This document shows, piece by piece, positions 49,493-59,151 of a stretch of 64,000 bases of DNA (position 1 is its first letter; every line of letters starts with the position of its first letter). The stretch spans positions 18,696 through 82,695 of the forward strand of contig CAZYCQ010000008.1 in NCBI GenBank assembly GCA_964645535.1, given 5' to 3'. The notes under the pieces are model-generated. The model saw only the letters and a program-made list of their open reading frames with translations, was not told the origin of the DNA and made no database searches. The position numbers and the translations under genes were made by a program. The stretch is from an uncultured archaeon (GTDB taxonomy: Archaea > Asgardarchaeota > Heimdallarchaeia > Heimdallarchaeales > Kariarchaeaceae).

Positions 49493-50878
49493 TCAAGAGG
49501 GAATCCAAACGGTGTAGGATCTGGGAGGAGCCCAAATTTCAACCCAACCATCACCGTTTGTCCATTCATCGTATGCGCGACCAGTCGCGTCAACGAGTCT
49601 TTGGTTCGTCCATTTGGTTTGAACCCATTGACCTTTCCATGTATCACCATCGTTCATCATCAAGATGATTCCAGGTTGAGAACCATAACCATTCCTTTGC
49701 ATGATGAAAAGGTCATTGTCAGAATACAGAACGGAGGTTGAGCCACCTGCATAACCTGATCGAAGAGAGATCAGGAGGTTTATGGCATCTTTGAAACCCC
49801 AATCAAAATAATCTCTCCAAAAAACAGTAGGATATCCTTCACTAAGAAGAATGTAGGCGTAAGCCATTTCTTTCATGGTGAAGATTTCATTGGTATCATG
49901 ATTGGCCACAAATGTCGTTGCATGGAAGGGATCACTACCGGCAAGACCTGCATATGCAAGACGACTCATGTCGAAATAACCACCACCTTCACTCATGTCC
50001 CTCAAGAGGTAGTATAATGGAAAATCGAATGCGGAAGCCTTGTAATCAGTTGAACTAATCCAGCCTTTCAGTAGATCTAAATTGGTATCCCAATATTCGC
50101 CGACACCATATCCGCCAACGTAAGTTAGCCAATCCCTCACCATCCAACCATGATAACCTTTTACATAATCAAATCGCCAATCGGTGAACCCAATTTGATC
50201 CCTAAGCCAAATCCCCCAATTAATAAATTCCTGCCAGACATAAGGGTTGGCGTGAGCTACATCAGGATAGCCACCGAAGGTTCCTTCGTCCGCCCATTCA
50301 TATGTTGAGGGATGGAAATCGTTGTATCCTCTAAGAAATTTGCCACTTGCAACTCCACTGAAATCAGTGTAGGTATATGAATTGGTGTTCGGGTTCCATT
50401 GAGAATCTCCACCGGAATTGTGATTCATCACAATGTCTGCAGTGACATGGAGTCCCGCGGCCTTGGCAGATGAAATAAGGGTAATCAAGTCAGCCTTTGT
50501 CCCAAACCGTGTGGGAATGCTTCCTTTTTGGTCATACTCACCTAGATCATAGTAATCATAGGGATCATACCCCATAGAATAACGACCATTCATGGTTTTT
50601 GAAGGGGGAGGTAACCAAATGTTGTCAAAGCCGGCAGCAGCAATTTCAGGTATCTTTTGTGTGACTTCGGTATACCAATCGAGAGGAACGTCCCAATAAA
50701 ATGCCTGAAGCATTACACCAGATCCCAAAGGACGTAGAGTATTGGCATACACATGTTCAACAGGTTGGATCATATCGGATGAATGACGATTGACATTCGC
50801 CACAAAAATATTCCCAACTGGGGTAACCAAAATACCAACCATAAAAAGAAAAGTTAGCTTCTTTTTCGACATAATCAT
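49493..50878 (-). CDS. Secreted alpha-amylase (GH13_7, Thermococcales AmyA-like)
   Basis: VMLQAFYWDVP, SMGYDPYDYYDLGEY.QKG, WRFDYVKGY, VGEYWD, FVANHDT; signal peptide. Confidence 0.92.
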   Translation of the reverse strand: MIMSKKKLTFLFMVGILVTPVGNIFVANVNRHSSDMIQPVEHVYANTLRPLGSGVMLQAFYWDVPLDWYTEVTQKIPEIAAAGFDNIWLPPPSKTMNGRYSMGYDPYDYYDLGEYDQKGSIPTRFGTKADLITLISSAKAAGLHVTADIVMNHNSGGDSQWNPNTNSYTYTDFSGVASGKFLRGYNDFHPSTYEWADEGTFGGYPDVAHANPYVWQEFINWGIWLRDQIGFTDWRFDYVKGYHGWMVRDWLTYVGGYGVGEYWDTNLDLLKGWISSTDYKASAFDFPLYYLLRDMSEGGGYFDMSRLAYAGLAGSDPFHATTFVANHDTNEIFTMKEMAYAYILLSEGYPTVFWRDYFDWGFKDAINLLISLRSGYAGGSTSVLYSDNDLFIMQRNGYGSQPGIILMMNDGDTWKGQWVQTKWTNQRLVDATGRAYDEWTNGDGWVEIWAPPRSYTVWIPS

Positions 50879-51281
50879 CACATGCTGGTGATAAACGGAC
50901 AAATCGTTGACTTATTAGGATTGCGCGTAAAAGATATGAAAATATTAGGAAAAGGAAAAAGAAGACCAATCTTTCAAAAAGTGTCCATTTTGCAGGCCCC
51001 TGACGAAAAGGATTGGTCTTCTTTGACGGATCCTTTCGAACCACCACCAACTTGTGATTGTGTCTAAGGATTCTATTGACCACTACTATAAAAAACTAGC
51101 TGTGGGGGTGATTATACGCATTTTTTCGAGGTTTTTCCTATAATAATATCTTTATTTAGAAGATTATTGAATATAAATATGTAAACAAATAATGAATAAT
51201 TGAAAATCGAATAATTAAATCGAATTTTTTAAATGTAGACCTTTTGAACGAATATATAAGGAAAGAAACCAAAGACAACTC

Positions 51282-53177
51282 ATGGATGTGTGCCTAGCCT
51301 GTGGACGCCCTTCAGGAGTGGAACAACCAACATATTGCCAATTCTGTTTTATTCCAATTCCAGTGGCTAAAGTACCAAAAAAAGAAGGATATGAGGAAAG
51401 GGTGCAATTCAGGGAAGTGTTTGCAGACAAGGTCATTGGAGACGAGCCTGATGCAAGAGAATTTCTTTTTGCTTTAGGTTTGGAAAAAATGGATCGGCCG
51501 AGCGTAGCAGTTGCCCTCAGTGCATTAGGAATGGAAAAAATGCATTTCTTAAGCTCAGAATACAATTGGAAGGAAGCAGAACGGTTGATTGATTTTGGCT
51601 ATGCCCTTGCTCAAAGAACAGGGGAGGAATGGGCGATACGTAAAACAACATTACGTTTGGCTCAGCAGGAAATCCGAGCAGGCTTTCTTGAAAAAGCCAT
51701 GAAACATCTGCAACAGATTCGAGGGACAGATCTAGGATTGGAGCTCCAAACCTATGGACCACCAGAACAGTTGGCCACAATATTCGATAATCTGGAAATT
51801 GAGGCAACCTTGAATTTATTGAAGTCATTCATGAAGGAGAAAACCAATCCTGATTTGGATCGAGCTGTTTCCCACATGTTTTCCCTTATGGAAAAGGATA
51901 TTCAGCAATTGATTGCTAAAAAAGATCACAAGTCTTTTTTCCAAGGACTTCAAGATTCGGCTTTCAGTGTCCCTCGCCTCGACAGACTATGTTTTGTACA
52001 GAGCTTGATGATCCAACAGGAGATCGCGGCCTCAGAAAGTACGTTCAGCACTCAAACGATTGAAAAACTGCATACGTTGGGGAAATTTGTGATCCTGCTG
52101 GGAGAAATGAGTCCCAAGGACGACCCCACCTTTTATGCCCCTCAGTTAAGAGAATACATACAGATGTTTAACGGGGTCATGTGGTACGAAGAACCATTGG
52201 TAGAAACAGATTTGGATCTGACCCAGAGAACCATTCTTCAAGGGCATGCAACCATTCTCCAATGGAAAGACCTCATCCCACCCCAATTCTGGCTTCCACT
52301 CAGGCCGTCAAGATTCATAGAGATCTTCTTCAGGAACATGAAATGGGCAAAGATTTTGAATCCCTCAAAGTTTTATGAACCATGGCTAAACAGATTGCCA
52401 AAGGAAATACGACCATATGGAGAATACATGATTGCTGAAGGAATGCTACGATCCGGAAGATTAGAGGAGGGGATGGAAAGAATTGATAAATTGAGACAGG
52501 CACAGGAGTTACCTGAAGATCTGAGACCAATGATCGATGAATTGCTTCAAAAAACAATCCTTGAAGCAGAAGGCATATTTTTGGATGCAGCGTTCCAGAA
52601 ACGAGTGGATGGAACCGAAGTCACCCTTTCAGTGGTCAGGGACATCAAAACAGACGATTTGACGGTTCGAATGGAGACATTCGGAGGAGAATTTGACGTT
52701 CCAAAATTTGACCGGCTCCTTAGGCTTCCCCTGAAAGAAGCTGAAGAAATCATGCCCCGGCACATAGCCATTGCAGGAGAGGTTTTAGAAAACATAATTT
52801 ATTCCACACCGCACCATGATAATCAGACACTTAACCAGACCATTTTTACGGTAGGAACTTGGTATTATAGAGATGTTCATTGGCAGACACCCTTTACCAA
52901 CGCCGGGAAACAATATGATGGAGTGAGGAATGATGTAATTGTATTTCGCCTATGGCAAGAGGATCAGGAACTTTCATTGATGTTTGAGGCAGGCAAGATT
53001 CCTGTTGAGGAAAATACAACCCTGATTAGAATTGGAACACCCAGCCTCTATCACCTTCGAGGAATTTTGGGTGATTTTCCTCCCGAGAAAATTCTGGAAT
53101 GGATCGATCTACTCATTCAAAATCCTGAAAAATTCAAGCATATTGATATCTATACACTAAGAATTGATCTTGTTTAG
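51282..53177 (+). CDS. Zinc-ribbon + TPR-like helical protein
   Basis: CLACG...CQFC at the N-terminus; TPR-like helices (LAQQEIRAGFLEKAMKHL; IAEGMLRSGRLEEGMERI). Confidence 0.65.
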   Translation: MDVCLACGRPSGVEQPTYCQFCFIPIPVAKVPKKEGYEERVQFREVFADKVIGDEPDAREFLFALGLEKMDRPSVAVALSALGMEKMHFLSSEYNWKEAERLIDFGYALAQRTGEEWAIRKTTLRLAQQEIRAGFLEKAMKHLQQIRGTDLGLELQTYGPPEQLATIFDNLEIEATLNLLKSFMKEKTNPDLDRAVSHMFSLMEKDIQQLIAKKDHKSFFQGLQDSAFSVPRLDRLCFVQSLMIQQEIAASESTFSTQTIEKLHTLGKFVILLGEMSPKDDPTFYAPQLREYIQMFNGVMWYEEPLVETDLDLTQRTILQGHATILQWKDLIPPQFWLPLRPSRFIEIFFRNMKWAKILNPSKFYEPWLNRLPKEIRPYGEYMIAEGMLRSGRLEEGMERIDKLRQAQELPEDLRPMIDELLQKTILEAEGIFLDAAFQKRVDGTEVTLSVVRDIKTDDLTVRMETFGGEFDVPKFDRLLRLPLKEAEEIMPRHIAIAGEVLENIIYSTPHHDNQTLNQTIFTVGTWYYRDVHWQTPFTNAGKQYDGVRNDVIVFRLWQEDQELSLMFEAGKIPVEENTTLIRIGTPSLYHLRGILGDFPPEKILEWIDLLIQNPEKFKHIDIYTLRIDLV

Positions 53178-54338
53178 AAAGGTTTGAGCATATTTTACTC
53201 GTTCACGAATGGGAGGATGAGAATAAAACAGCAAAACCTCCAGACGGGAAGGATGAAGATAGGACAGATTCTGAAGGGCAAGGCGGGTAAAGGCCGATTC
53301 ATATACCTTCAAGTTCGGGATTTGTTGGATCGCTGCAATGTCTGCTGCTTTTTCTCGGGATCGGGAAAAGAAATTCTGGATCGGGAGAAAGAGCATGGTC
53401 CAAAACTCCAATGAAAAGGCAAAATAGAACATTGTCCGGAGGTCTGATTTTCCGTTGTAATCAAACCAATCAATCACCCATTGGAATCCAAGATCTATAA
53501 GGAAGAAGGCCACAAGCAAAAGGAACCCCAAAAAGACAATCATGCGGTAAACATCCCTGTTCTTTTGATGGGCGATTTCATGAGCCATGACAATCTCAAT
53601 TTCATCCGGTCGGAAATTTTTGACAAGGGTGTCTCCCAAAACAATACGGATAGTACTACCAAAACCCGTCACCATGGCGTTCGCCTTGGTTGTCTGTTGG
53701 GACATTTGCAAGAGATAAATATCCTTGTACTTTATTCCCATGGTTTGAGCCAATTTTTCAATTCTTGTGCGGAGCTCACCTTCCGGAAAGGATTCCATCT
53801 TCATGAAGAGGGGAATGAGTATCACAGGAGCAATGAACTGAATGAAGGATAGAAAGACAAAAGCGACAAGAAAAGCATAAATCCACCAAAGCAGGGGGAA
53901 TCGGTCAATGACAGAGTACACTAAGGTGATCAACCCACCAAGCAAGATCAATTGGATCAATAAATTTTTCAACTGGTCAATCAGCCATTGTCCCCAAGTT
54001 TGAGTGGAAAATCCATATCTACGTTCTAGGACATTCCCTGCAAGATCGAATGGAAATGAGAGCACGGTCGAGGTGATAGTGATCAGAGCGAACATCAGAT
54101 AGGCAGAAAAAAATGAGAATTCTGTCCCAGTAATCTTTGCAAATAGTTCAGGAACACCTACCACCCACAAAACCAATAAGACAAAGGGACCGTACAGCAT
54201 TGACGAAATTTGAAGCTGAAGCTTGGAATCATGATAACGTTTTGATTTCAGCTGAGTTTTCTCGTCCAATTCATCCAATTTGAGATAAGGAACATCGGCA
54301 CCATTGAAATCGTATGATGTCTCTGTAGCGTCTTCCAT
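53157..54338 (-). CDS. M48A (Ste24/CAAX prenyl protease-like) zinc metalloprotease
   Basis: TMs; ANAMVTGFG, HEIAH, SRSREKAAD, YSHPP...R. Confidence 0.9.
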   Translation of the reverse strand: MEDATETSYDFNGADVPYLKLDELDEKTQLKSKRYHDSKLQLQISSMLYGPFVLLVLWVVGVPELFAKITGTEFSFFSAYLMFALITITSTVLSFPFDLAGNVLERRYGFSTQTWGQWLIDQLKNLLIQLILLGGLITLVYSVIDRFPLLWWIYAFLVAFVFLSFIQFIAPVILIPLFMKMESFPEGELRTRIEKLAQTMGIKYKDIYLLQMSQQTTKANAMVTGFGSTIRIVLGDTLVKNFRPDEIEIVMAHEIAHQKNRDVYRMIVFLGFLLLVAFFLIDLGFQWVIDWFDYNGKSDLRTMFYFAFSLEFWTMLFLPIQNFFSRSREKAADIAAIQQIPNLKVYESAFTRLALQNLSYLHPSRLEVLLFYSHPPIRERVKYAQTFLNKINS

Positions 54339-54388
54339 GTATGATTAGAGAAAAGGAGTCCATAAAAATCATTACCGAAAACGTTGGT

Positions 54389-55567
54389 TCATCGGGAAGG
54401 TTTGACTTGGAAAATAGCATTGCAAAGATCCATAAGAGACTCTTTCTGAAGAATAACTTTCCGGTTTCCTCCGACATCAGGAAGAATTTTGCCAGGAGGG
54501 ATTTTGAAAATCTCATCAATTTGTGAAGTCAGTTCCTGCGGAATGGATGATGAAAGATCATTGTCATCATAAATATCCTCAGGGAAATAGGAGATTGCCA
54601 AGAAAAACTTGCCTTTTTCAGATTTATGCTTCAAAATATGCTCCGCCAATTGGACAACCTCATCAATATTGTTATGGATATCGTCAAAACGGATGACTTG
54701 AACCACAACATCAGAGGTTCCTATGAATTGATGCCATGAAAGAATCGTTGGCCCATCCAATTCAAAAAAGATTGTGCTGTAACCATCTGGCCGCTCAAGT
54801 GCAAACAGGTTGTCAAAGAACAGAGGAGTATCTGTTTTAGGAGGGTAGCCATCAAACTTTTGGTAGGGCAATTGTTTCATGATAGTGGATTTTCCAGATC
54901 CCATGAGACCGGTGACAAGGCAGAATGTGTCATAGGAGGTTTTTTTGATGGTTTTAGATTTCTTTTCCTGTAACAGATCGATAATTGTGATTCCACCAGA
55001 AGGGAGAGGTTTATCGATGATAAGGACTTTCAGGGAGGAGGGAAGTTTGTCCATAGGGATATTTTCAAGCTGGTTCAGTGCAATTTCAAGGCGTTCCAGA
55101 TTTGGGAGATAGGAGAAGAGATTCCAATCGATTGTACCTTGAATTGCAGAGTTAAGATTCAATTCTTTCAATCCAGATAAATTGCGGAACATCGAGGCAG
55201 AAAGATTTTCGAATCGGTTTGAATAAATCCAGAGATATCTCAAGGAATTGTCCGAATCAAAAAGTTCATTGGGCAATTCCGTAAGATTGTTTTCCCCAAG
55301 ATCCAAATATTCTAGATTCTTCAAGCAGGAGAAATACCTTTCAGGAATACTGGAAATTTTATTGCCGTAAAGCCCCAAATACACCAAGTCAGAAAACCCA
55401 TCGAAAATCCCTTCGGGGAGTCGGGTAATATTAATACAGCCAAGATCCAACCAAATTAGTCTATCGTTTTCAAATTTGGTTAACGGTGATGAAATTATCT
55501 TGGATTTATCGTCACTATTCACTCCCAACTCCTCAAGCAATTGAAGAAATTGAGAGCGATCATCCAT
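54389..55567 (-). CDS. LRR + small GTPase-like (Roc-like) fusion protein
   Basis: About 6 LRRs, then CLVTGLMGSGKST P-loop, FFELDG and DVVVQVI; no COR domain. Confidence 0.75.
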   Translation of the reverse strand: MDDRSQFLQLLEELGVNSDDKSKIISSPLTKFENDRLIWLDLGCINITRLPEGIFDGFSDLVYLGLYGNKISSIPERYFSCLKNLEYLDLGENNLTELPNELFDSDNSLRYLWIYSNRFENLSASMFRNLSGLKELNLNSAIQGTIDWNLFSYLPNLERLEIALNQLENIPMDKLPSSLKVLIIDKPLPSGGITIIDLLQEKKSKTIKKTSYDTFCLVTGLMGSGKSTIMKQLPYQKFDGYPPKTDTPLFFDNLFALERPDGYSTIFFELDGPTILSWHQFIGTSDVVVQVIRFDDIHNNIDEVVQLAEHILKHKSEKGKFFLAISYFPEDIYDDNDLSSSIPQELTSQIDEIFKIPPGKILPDVGGNRKVILQKESLMDLCNAIFQVKPSR

Positions 55568-55623
55568 GTCGGTAGTTTAACTTCATCGAAAATAAATTTA
55601 CCTTAACTTGACCTCGATCAATG

Positions 55624-57693
55624 TTAGAATTTTCTTTTCTTTCGAATTCCATAGGCAATTATTGCAAAAGTGAAAAGACCGATAGAAAACTCAAATCCGG
55701 GAAGACCTGCCAGACCAGTAAGTTCAAACGTGGGACTCGCCAGAGTACTGTTTGTTTCAGTGGAATTTTCGACGGGGGAGGTGGAATTGTCACTGGGTGA
55801 AGTCGGCTCCGTTGGTTCAGAAGGAGTTCCCCCTGTTCCCGAATCGGTGACATCAACTTGTACGCTATATGTCCAAGGTGCACCAATATCATCATAGAGG
55901 GTGCCGACGATACGATAACTGCCGGTCTCGTTGAAGGTCTGCTGAATGGTCACATTGAAGCTGGAACGTGCCATCAAGTAATAGTTACCTTGGAAGACCA
56001 TGAATGCCTGCCCATCCTTAAAAGCTTCCACAACCAATGTCACGTTCGGCATGTCATGAGTGAAGTAGCTTGTGACCATGATGGAAAAGTCCACAGGAGT
56101 GTTCACCTCAGTGGACACATAATCTGGTGAAATGATGACTTCAATGTATTCACGAGACGGTTCGTCATTTGAAACTGTCACGATGGGGCTGGTCATGTTG
56201 ATACCGTTTACATACAGGAGGGTATAGAAACCATCATAGATTACAATATCAGACACATAGATGGTTGTATTGGTCGGTGCACTGTAATCGATGAAGTATG
56301 AGGCATAGTACATGTTAGGAGTACCATTTGTGAAGGCATCCACATACGTCACGAAAGTCTGTCCATCAGGGCGATCTTCTTCCAAAGAAACACTTACCCA
56401 CAAGTCACTTTGTGTACCGATGGTCGATGGTTGATCTGCAAGGATTTCAAAGCCGAAAACTGCAAGTTCACCGGATCGATGAACTGTAGAATCAACAGAG
56501 ACATTTACCAAGGCAGGAGGCCTGTTAACAACCAAAGGAACCATCGGAGAGGTGAAATCGGTACCGTTGTAGTAGGTAAAGGAATTGAAGGCCATGTCCT
56601 CAAGATAGATGCTGTCGATGTACAGGTAGTCGTATCCAGTCAGGTTCACATAGTTGTCCACATAAATCTGAACAGTCAAGGTAGCATCCAAGGTTCCGTT
56701 ATCATAAAACGCCCCTCCACCGGCATAGGTAGTGGAGCCATTGGCGGACAAGGCATAGACATTAATCCAACCATACTGAAGACCAGAAACATCATCAGAG
56801 ACGTTGACCCAAACATCGAAGAAGTCGCCTTGGGTAACCGTAGATGAAAGAATATCAATACCATTCAGTACGGGCGGAGTATCATCCAATGTAGTTCCAT
56901 TAACCATAAAGCTGAAATTGAGCTCGTTTGCGGAATAAGATCTCCAATTCCCTTCCATGTCATAGATATAGAGATTGTCAAGGAAGTATGTGCCTGGAGT
57001 AAAGAATTCACCAATAGTCAACGAAGCAGTTCCAGTATAGTTTTGTTCTCCTTGGAAAGAAGAAAAGTCGAGGTATGCAACCCAAGAACTGTAATTTCCA
57101 TCATCATAGTAGATATCCATATACCCATTACTGAACCCACTTTGATTATCAACCACATTGATCGTAAACGAAATATTATCGCCAGGTCCAAGAGTGGCAC
57201 CATAGGGATGTGAGGTTGTTAAACTGACCAGTTCTGGACCAGTTAAGTCAGGATCAGTGCCAGAAACAAGGAGAAATGGAGAAGTGTAATCGTTATCATA
57301 CATAGAGAAGTAATAATAATCACTTGTGGTGCTGACATCAATGTTTTGAACATAGATGGTTCCTTCTGGCCAATAGGGACCGACTGTGAAGCCACCTTCA
57401 TAATATCCGGTGGAAGAGTTGTAGTCAAGATACAAATAATCCAGATACCGGGTATTTGTATAATTGGAGATCGGATCCCAATACTCAAGAATGATTTGAG
57501 CCGAAACATCAATAGTCCCGCTATGGGTAATATTCACTTGGAGCATGATGTTGCTGCCTGGACCGACAGTTGAGTTGTTCGCATAGTTGAAGTGGATATC
57601 TTCGATAATCGGTGCGGTCACACCTTGTGAAGGAAGTATCGAAAGACCACCGAGAACCAGCATCGAAACAAGAAGAATCTGATGGAACTTCAT
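55624..57693 (-). CDS. Acidic cell-surface glycoprotein with Ig-like repeats and PGF-CTERM
   Basis: Signal peptide from ATG 57693; repeated D.T.P.L...V.D..SG units; many N-x-S/T sites; S/T/P linker; LPGF + TM + RKKRK. Confidence 0.85.
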   Translation of the reverse strand: MKFHQILLVSMLVLGGLSILPSQGVTAPIIEDIHFNYANNSTVGPGSNIMLQVNITHSGTIDVSAQIILEYWDPISNYTNTRYLDYLYLDYNSSTGYYEGGFTVGPYWPEGTIYVQNIDVSTTSDYYYFSMYDNDYTSPFLLVSGTDPDLTGPELVSLTTSHPYGATLGPGDNISFTINVVDNQSGFSNGYMDIYYDDGNYSSWVAYLDFSSFQGEQNYTGTASLTIGEFFTPGTYFLDNLYIYDMEGNWRSYSANELNFSFMVNGTTLDDTPPVLNGIDILSSTVTQGDFFDVWVNVSDDVSGLQYGWINVYALSANGSTTYAGGGAFYDNGTLDATLTVQIYVDNYVNLTGYDYLYIDSIYLEDMAFNSFTYYNGTDFTSPMVPLVVNRPPALVNVSVDSTVHRSGELAVFGFEILADQPSTIGTQSDLWVSVSLEEDRPDGQTFVTYVDAFTNGTPNMYYASYFIDYSAPTNTTIYVSDIVIYDGFYTLLYVNGINMTSPIVTVSNDEPSREYIEVIISPDYVSTEVNTPVDFSIMVTSYFTHDMPNVTLVVEAFKDGQAFMVFQGNYYLMARSSFNVTIQQTFNETGSYRIVGTLYDDIGAPWTYSVQVDVTDSGTGGTPSEPTEPTSPSDNSTSPVENSTETNSTLASPTFELTGLAGLPGFEFSIGLFTFAIIAYGIRKKRKF

Positions 57694-57743
57694 GTATATA
57701 ATATTGATAAACACAAATAAAAAGCGTATTTTATACAGTTTTA

Positions 57744-57968
57744 CTAGATTTTTCCACCACAGTTGGTACAAATCTCCAAAAATTCAGATTCCAAAGGGAG
57801 ACGAGCAGGAGACTTCTTGTCACAGGAATGGGAGCCACCATAATTAGGGAGTTTGGCCAATGCTTCAAGAAGACGCTCATGGACGGCTCGATAAAAATCG
57901 ATCAGGTTGAGAACTTCGGTCATGATTCCAATTAGTGACATCAGTTTGATAAGGGTTGTGCTCATCAA
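57744..57968 (-). CDS. Small hypothetical protein with C-terminal CxxC
   Basis: ATGA overlap with the hydrolase stop; HSC...ICTNCG. Confidence 0.45.
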   Translation of the reverse strand: MMSTTLIKLMSLIGIMTEVLNLIDFYRAVHERLLEALAKLPNYGGSHSCDKKSPARLPLESEFLEICTNCGGKI

Positions 57969-58861
57969 GAGGGAGGAGACAGGAGTTTCAGGAACATTTC
58001 CATTGCATCACCAACCCTTTTGAAATTGAATAGGGGGAGGTTATGGTGCGCTTGAGGGATAATCTTCAGAAGGCTGTTCGGATAGTGCATGTTCATTTCC
58101 TCTGCTTGGGTCAAAGGGGTCAGCAAGTCAAGTTCACCCACCAAGATCAAGATGGGAAAGGTGAGGGGAGTGGTCTTTCGGCCATCCCATGGACGAATCA
58201 AATTACGATATTCCAGTACAATGACAGAATCGTCATTTGTCGAAAGCGTGTTTACCAGACTTCTGGTCGTGGTCACCTGAATTTCCTCGGGAAGATCGGA
58301 CTCTCTCAAAAAACGAGGTGCAAGATATGAGGCGAACTGCTCACCCAAGGATTCTGCCAATCTTGATGCTGAAGAGATCAAAAGATCCACAAGAGCAGGA
58401 GGCAAAAATGAACGGAATGTCAGGGCAGTGGACACCAAGATCAGTCCCGCCACCCTACTCCGATGGTTTAACGCATAGTTTTGTACAATACCGCCACCCA
58501 TACTGTGACCCACCAAAATCGCTTTTTGATCAAGAAGGTCAAGAATGGTATCTAACACCTCAAAAATAAAATCAAAGGCGATGAGTGCCTCTAAATTCGG
58601 AAGGTTCCGATTCTGTCCGTGACCGGGAAGATCCAAAATGACAAGAGGAGTGGAAGGTGGAAGATACAACGCAAGGTAAGACCAAATGGTAGCTGAGGCA
58701 CCCCATCCATGAACAAAAATCAATGGAATGCTCTCGCCTGCACGGTAGTAATACCTGAAAGGAACCACTACACCATTATGAGTAATTCGAAGTTCCCTCT
58801 GCAAGAAAGACTTTAGTGCATCCTCAGGTTCAGAGATCTCATGTTGGGTGAAGATGTCCAT
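57965..58861 (-). CDS. Alpha/beta hydrolase
   Basis: FVHGWG, DLPGHG, GHSMGG, GELDLLTP, AHH. Confidence 0.92.
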   Translation of the reverse strand: MDIFTQHEISEPEDALKSFLQRELRITHNGVVVPFRYYYRAGESIPLIFVHGWGASATIWSYLALYLPPSTPLVILDLPGHGQNRNLPNLEALIAFDFIFEVLDTILDLLDQKAILVGHSMGGGIVQNYALNHRSRVAGLILVSTALTFRSFLPPALVDLLISSASRLAESLGEQFASYLAPRFLRESDLPEEIQVTTTRSLVNTLSTNDDSVIVLEYRNLIRPWDGRKTTPLTFPILILVGELDLLTPLTQAEEMNMHYPNSLLKIIPQAHHNLPLFNFKRVGDAMEMFLKLLSPPS

Positions 58862-59151
58862 ACCCTCACTGAAACTAGAATTATTTAACCTATCCTCTTT
58901 TTCAAAATTGGTTCGATTTCAGCCAGAACCCTCCTGAATGACTCCCCACGATCATTCTGACTGAAAAGAGACTACATTCCCCTTTGGTCAGCCTCTTGAA
59001 GATTGCCATATGTCAAAACATCATCCGCATGAAACCAAGAGAAGGGAAAACGATTCTGCCTCATGGACAACATTGAGTTGATTTCCAGACCCTATTCATT
59101 TTCCAAAGCGTTCTGAGATCAGCCCTTCTTGGAATAGTGGCAGTAAACACC

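Noticed and set aside
54389-55567. Calling the LRR-GTPase a true Roco protein
   Set aside because: No COR domain, and G3/G4 motifs are degenerate.
58884-59064. Minus-strand frame MRQNRFPF...QRGM-TAG-SLFSQNDRG...KKRIG, suggesting amber readthrough
   Set aside because: Only about 60 codons, no recognisable motif and no Pyl machinery in the window; chance or a decayed remnant is more likely.
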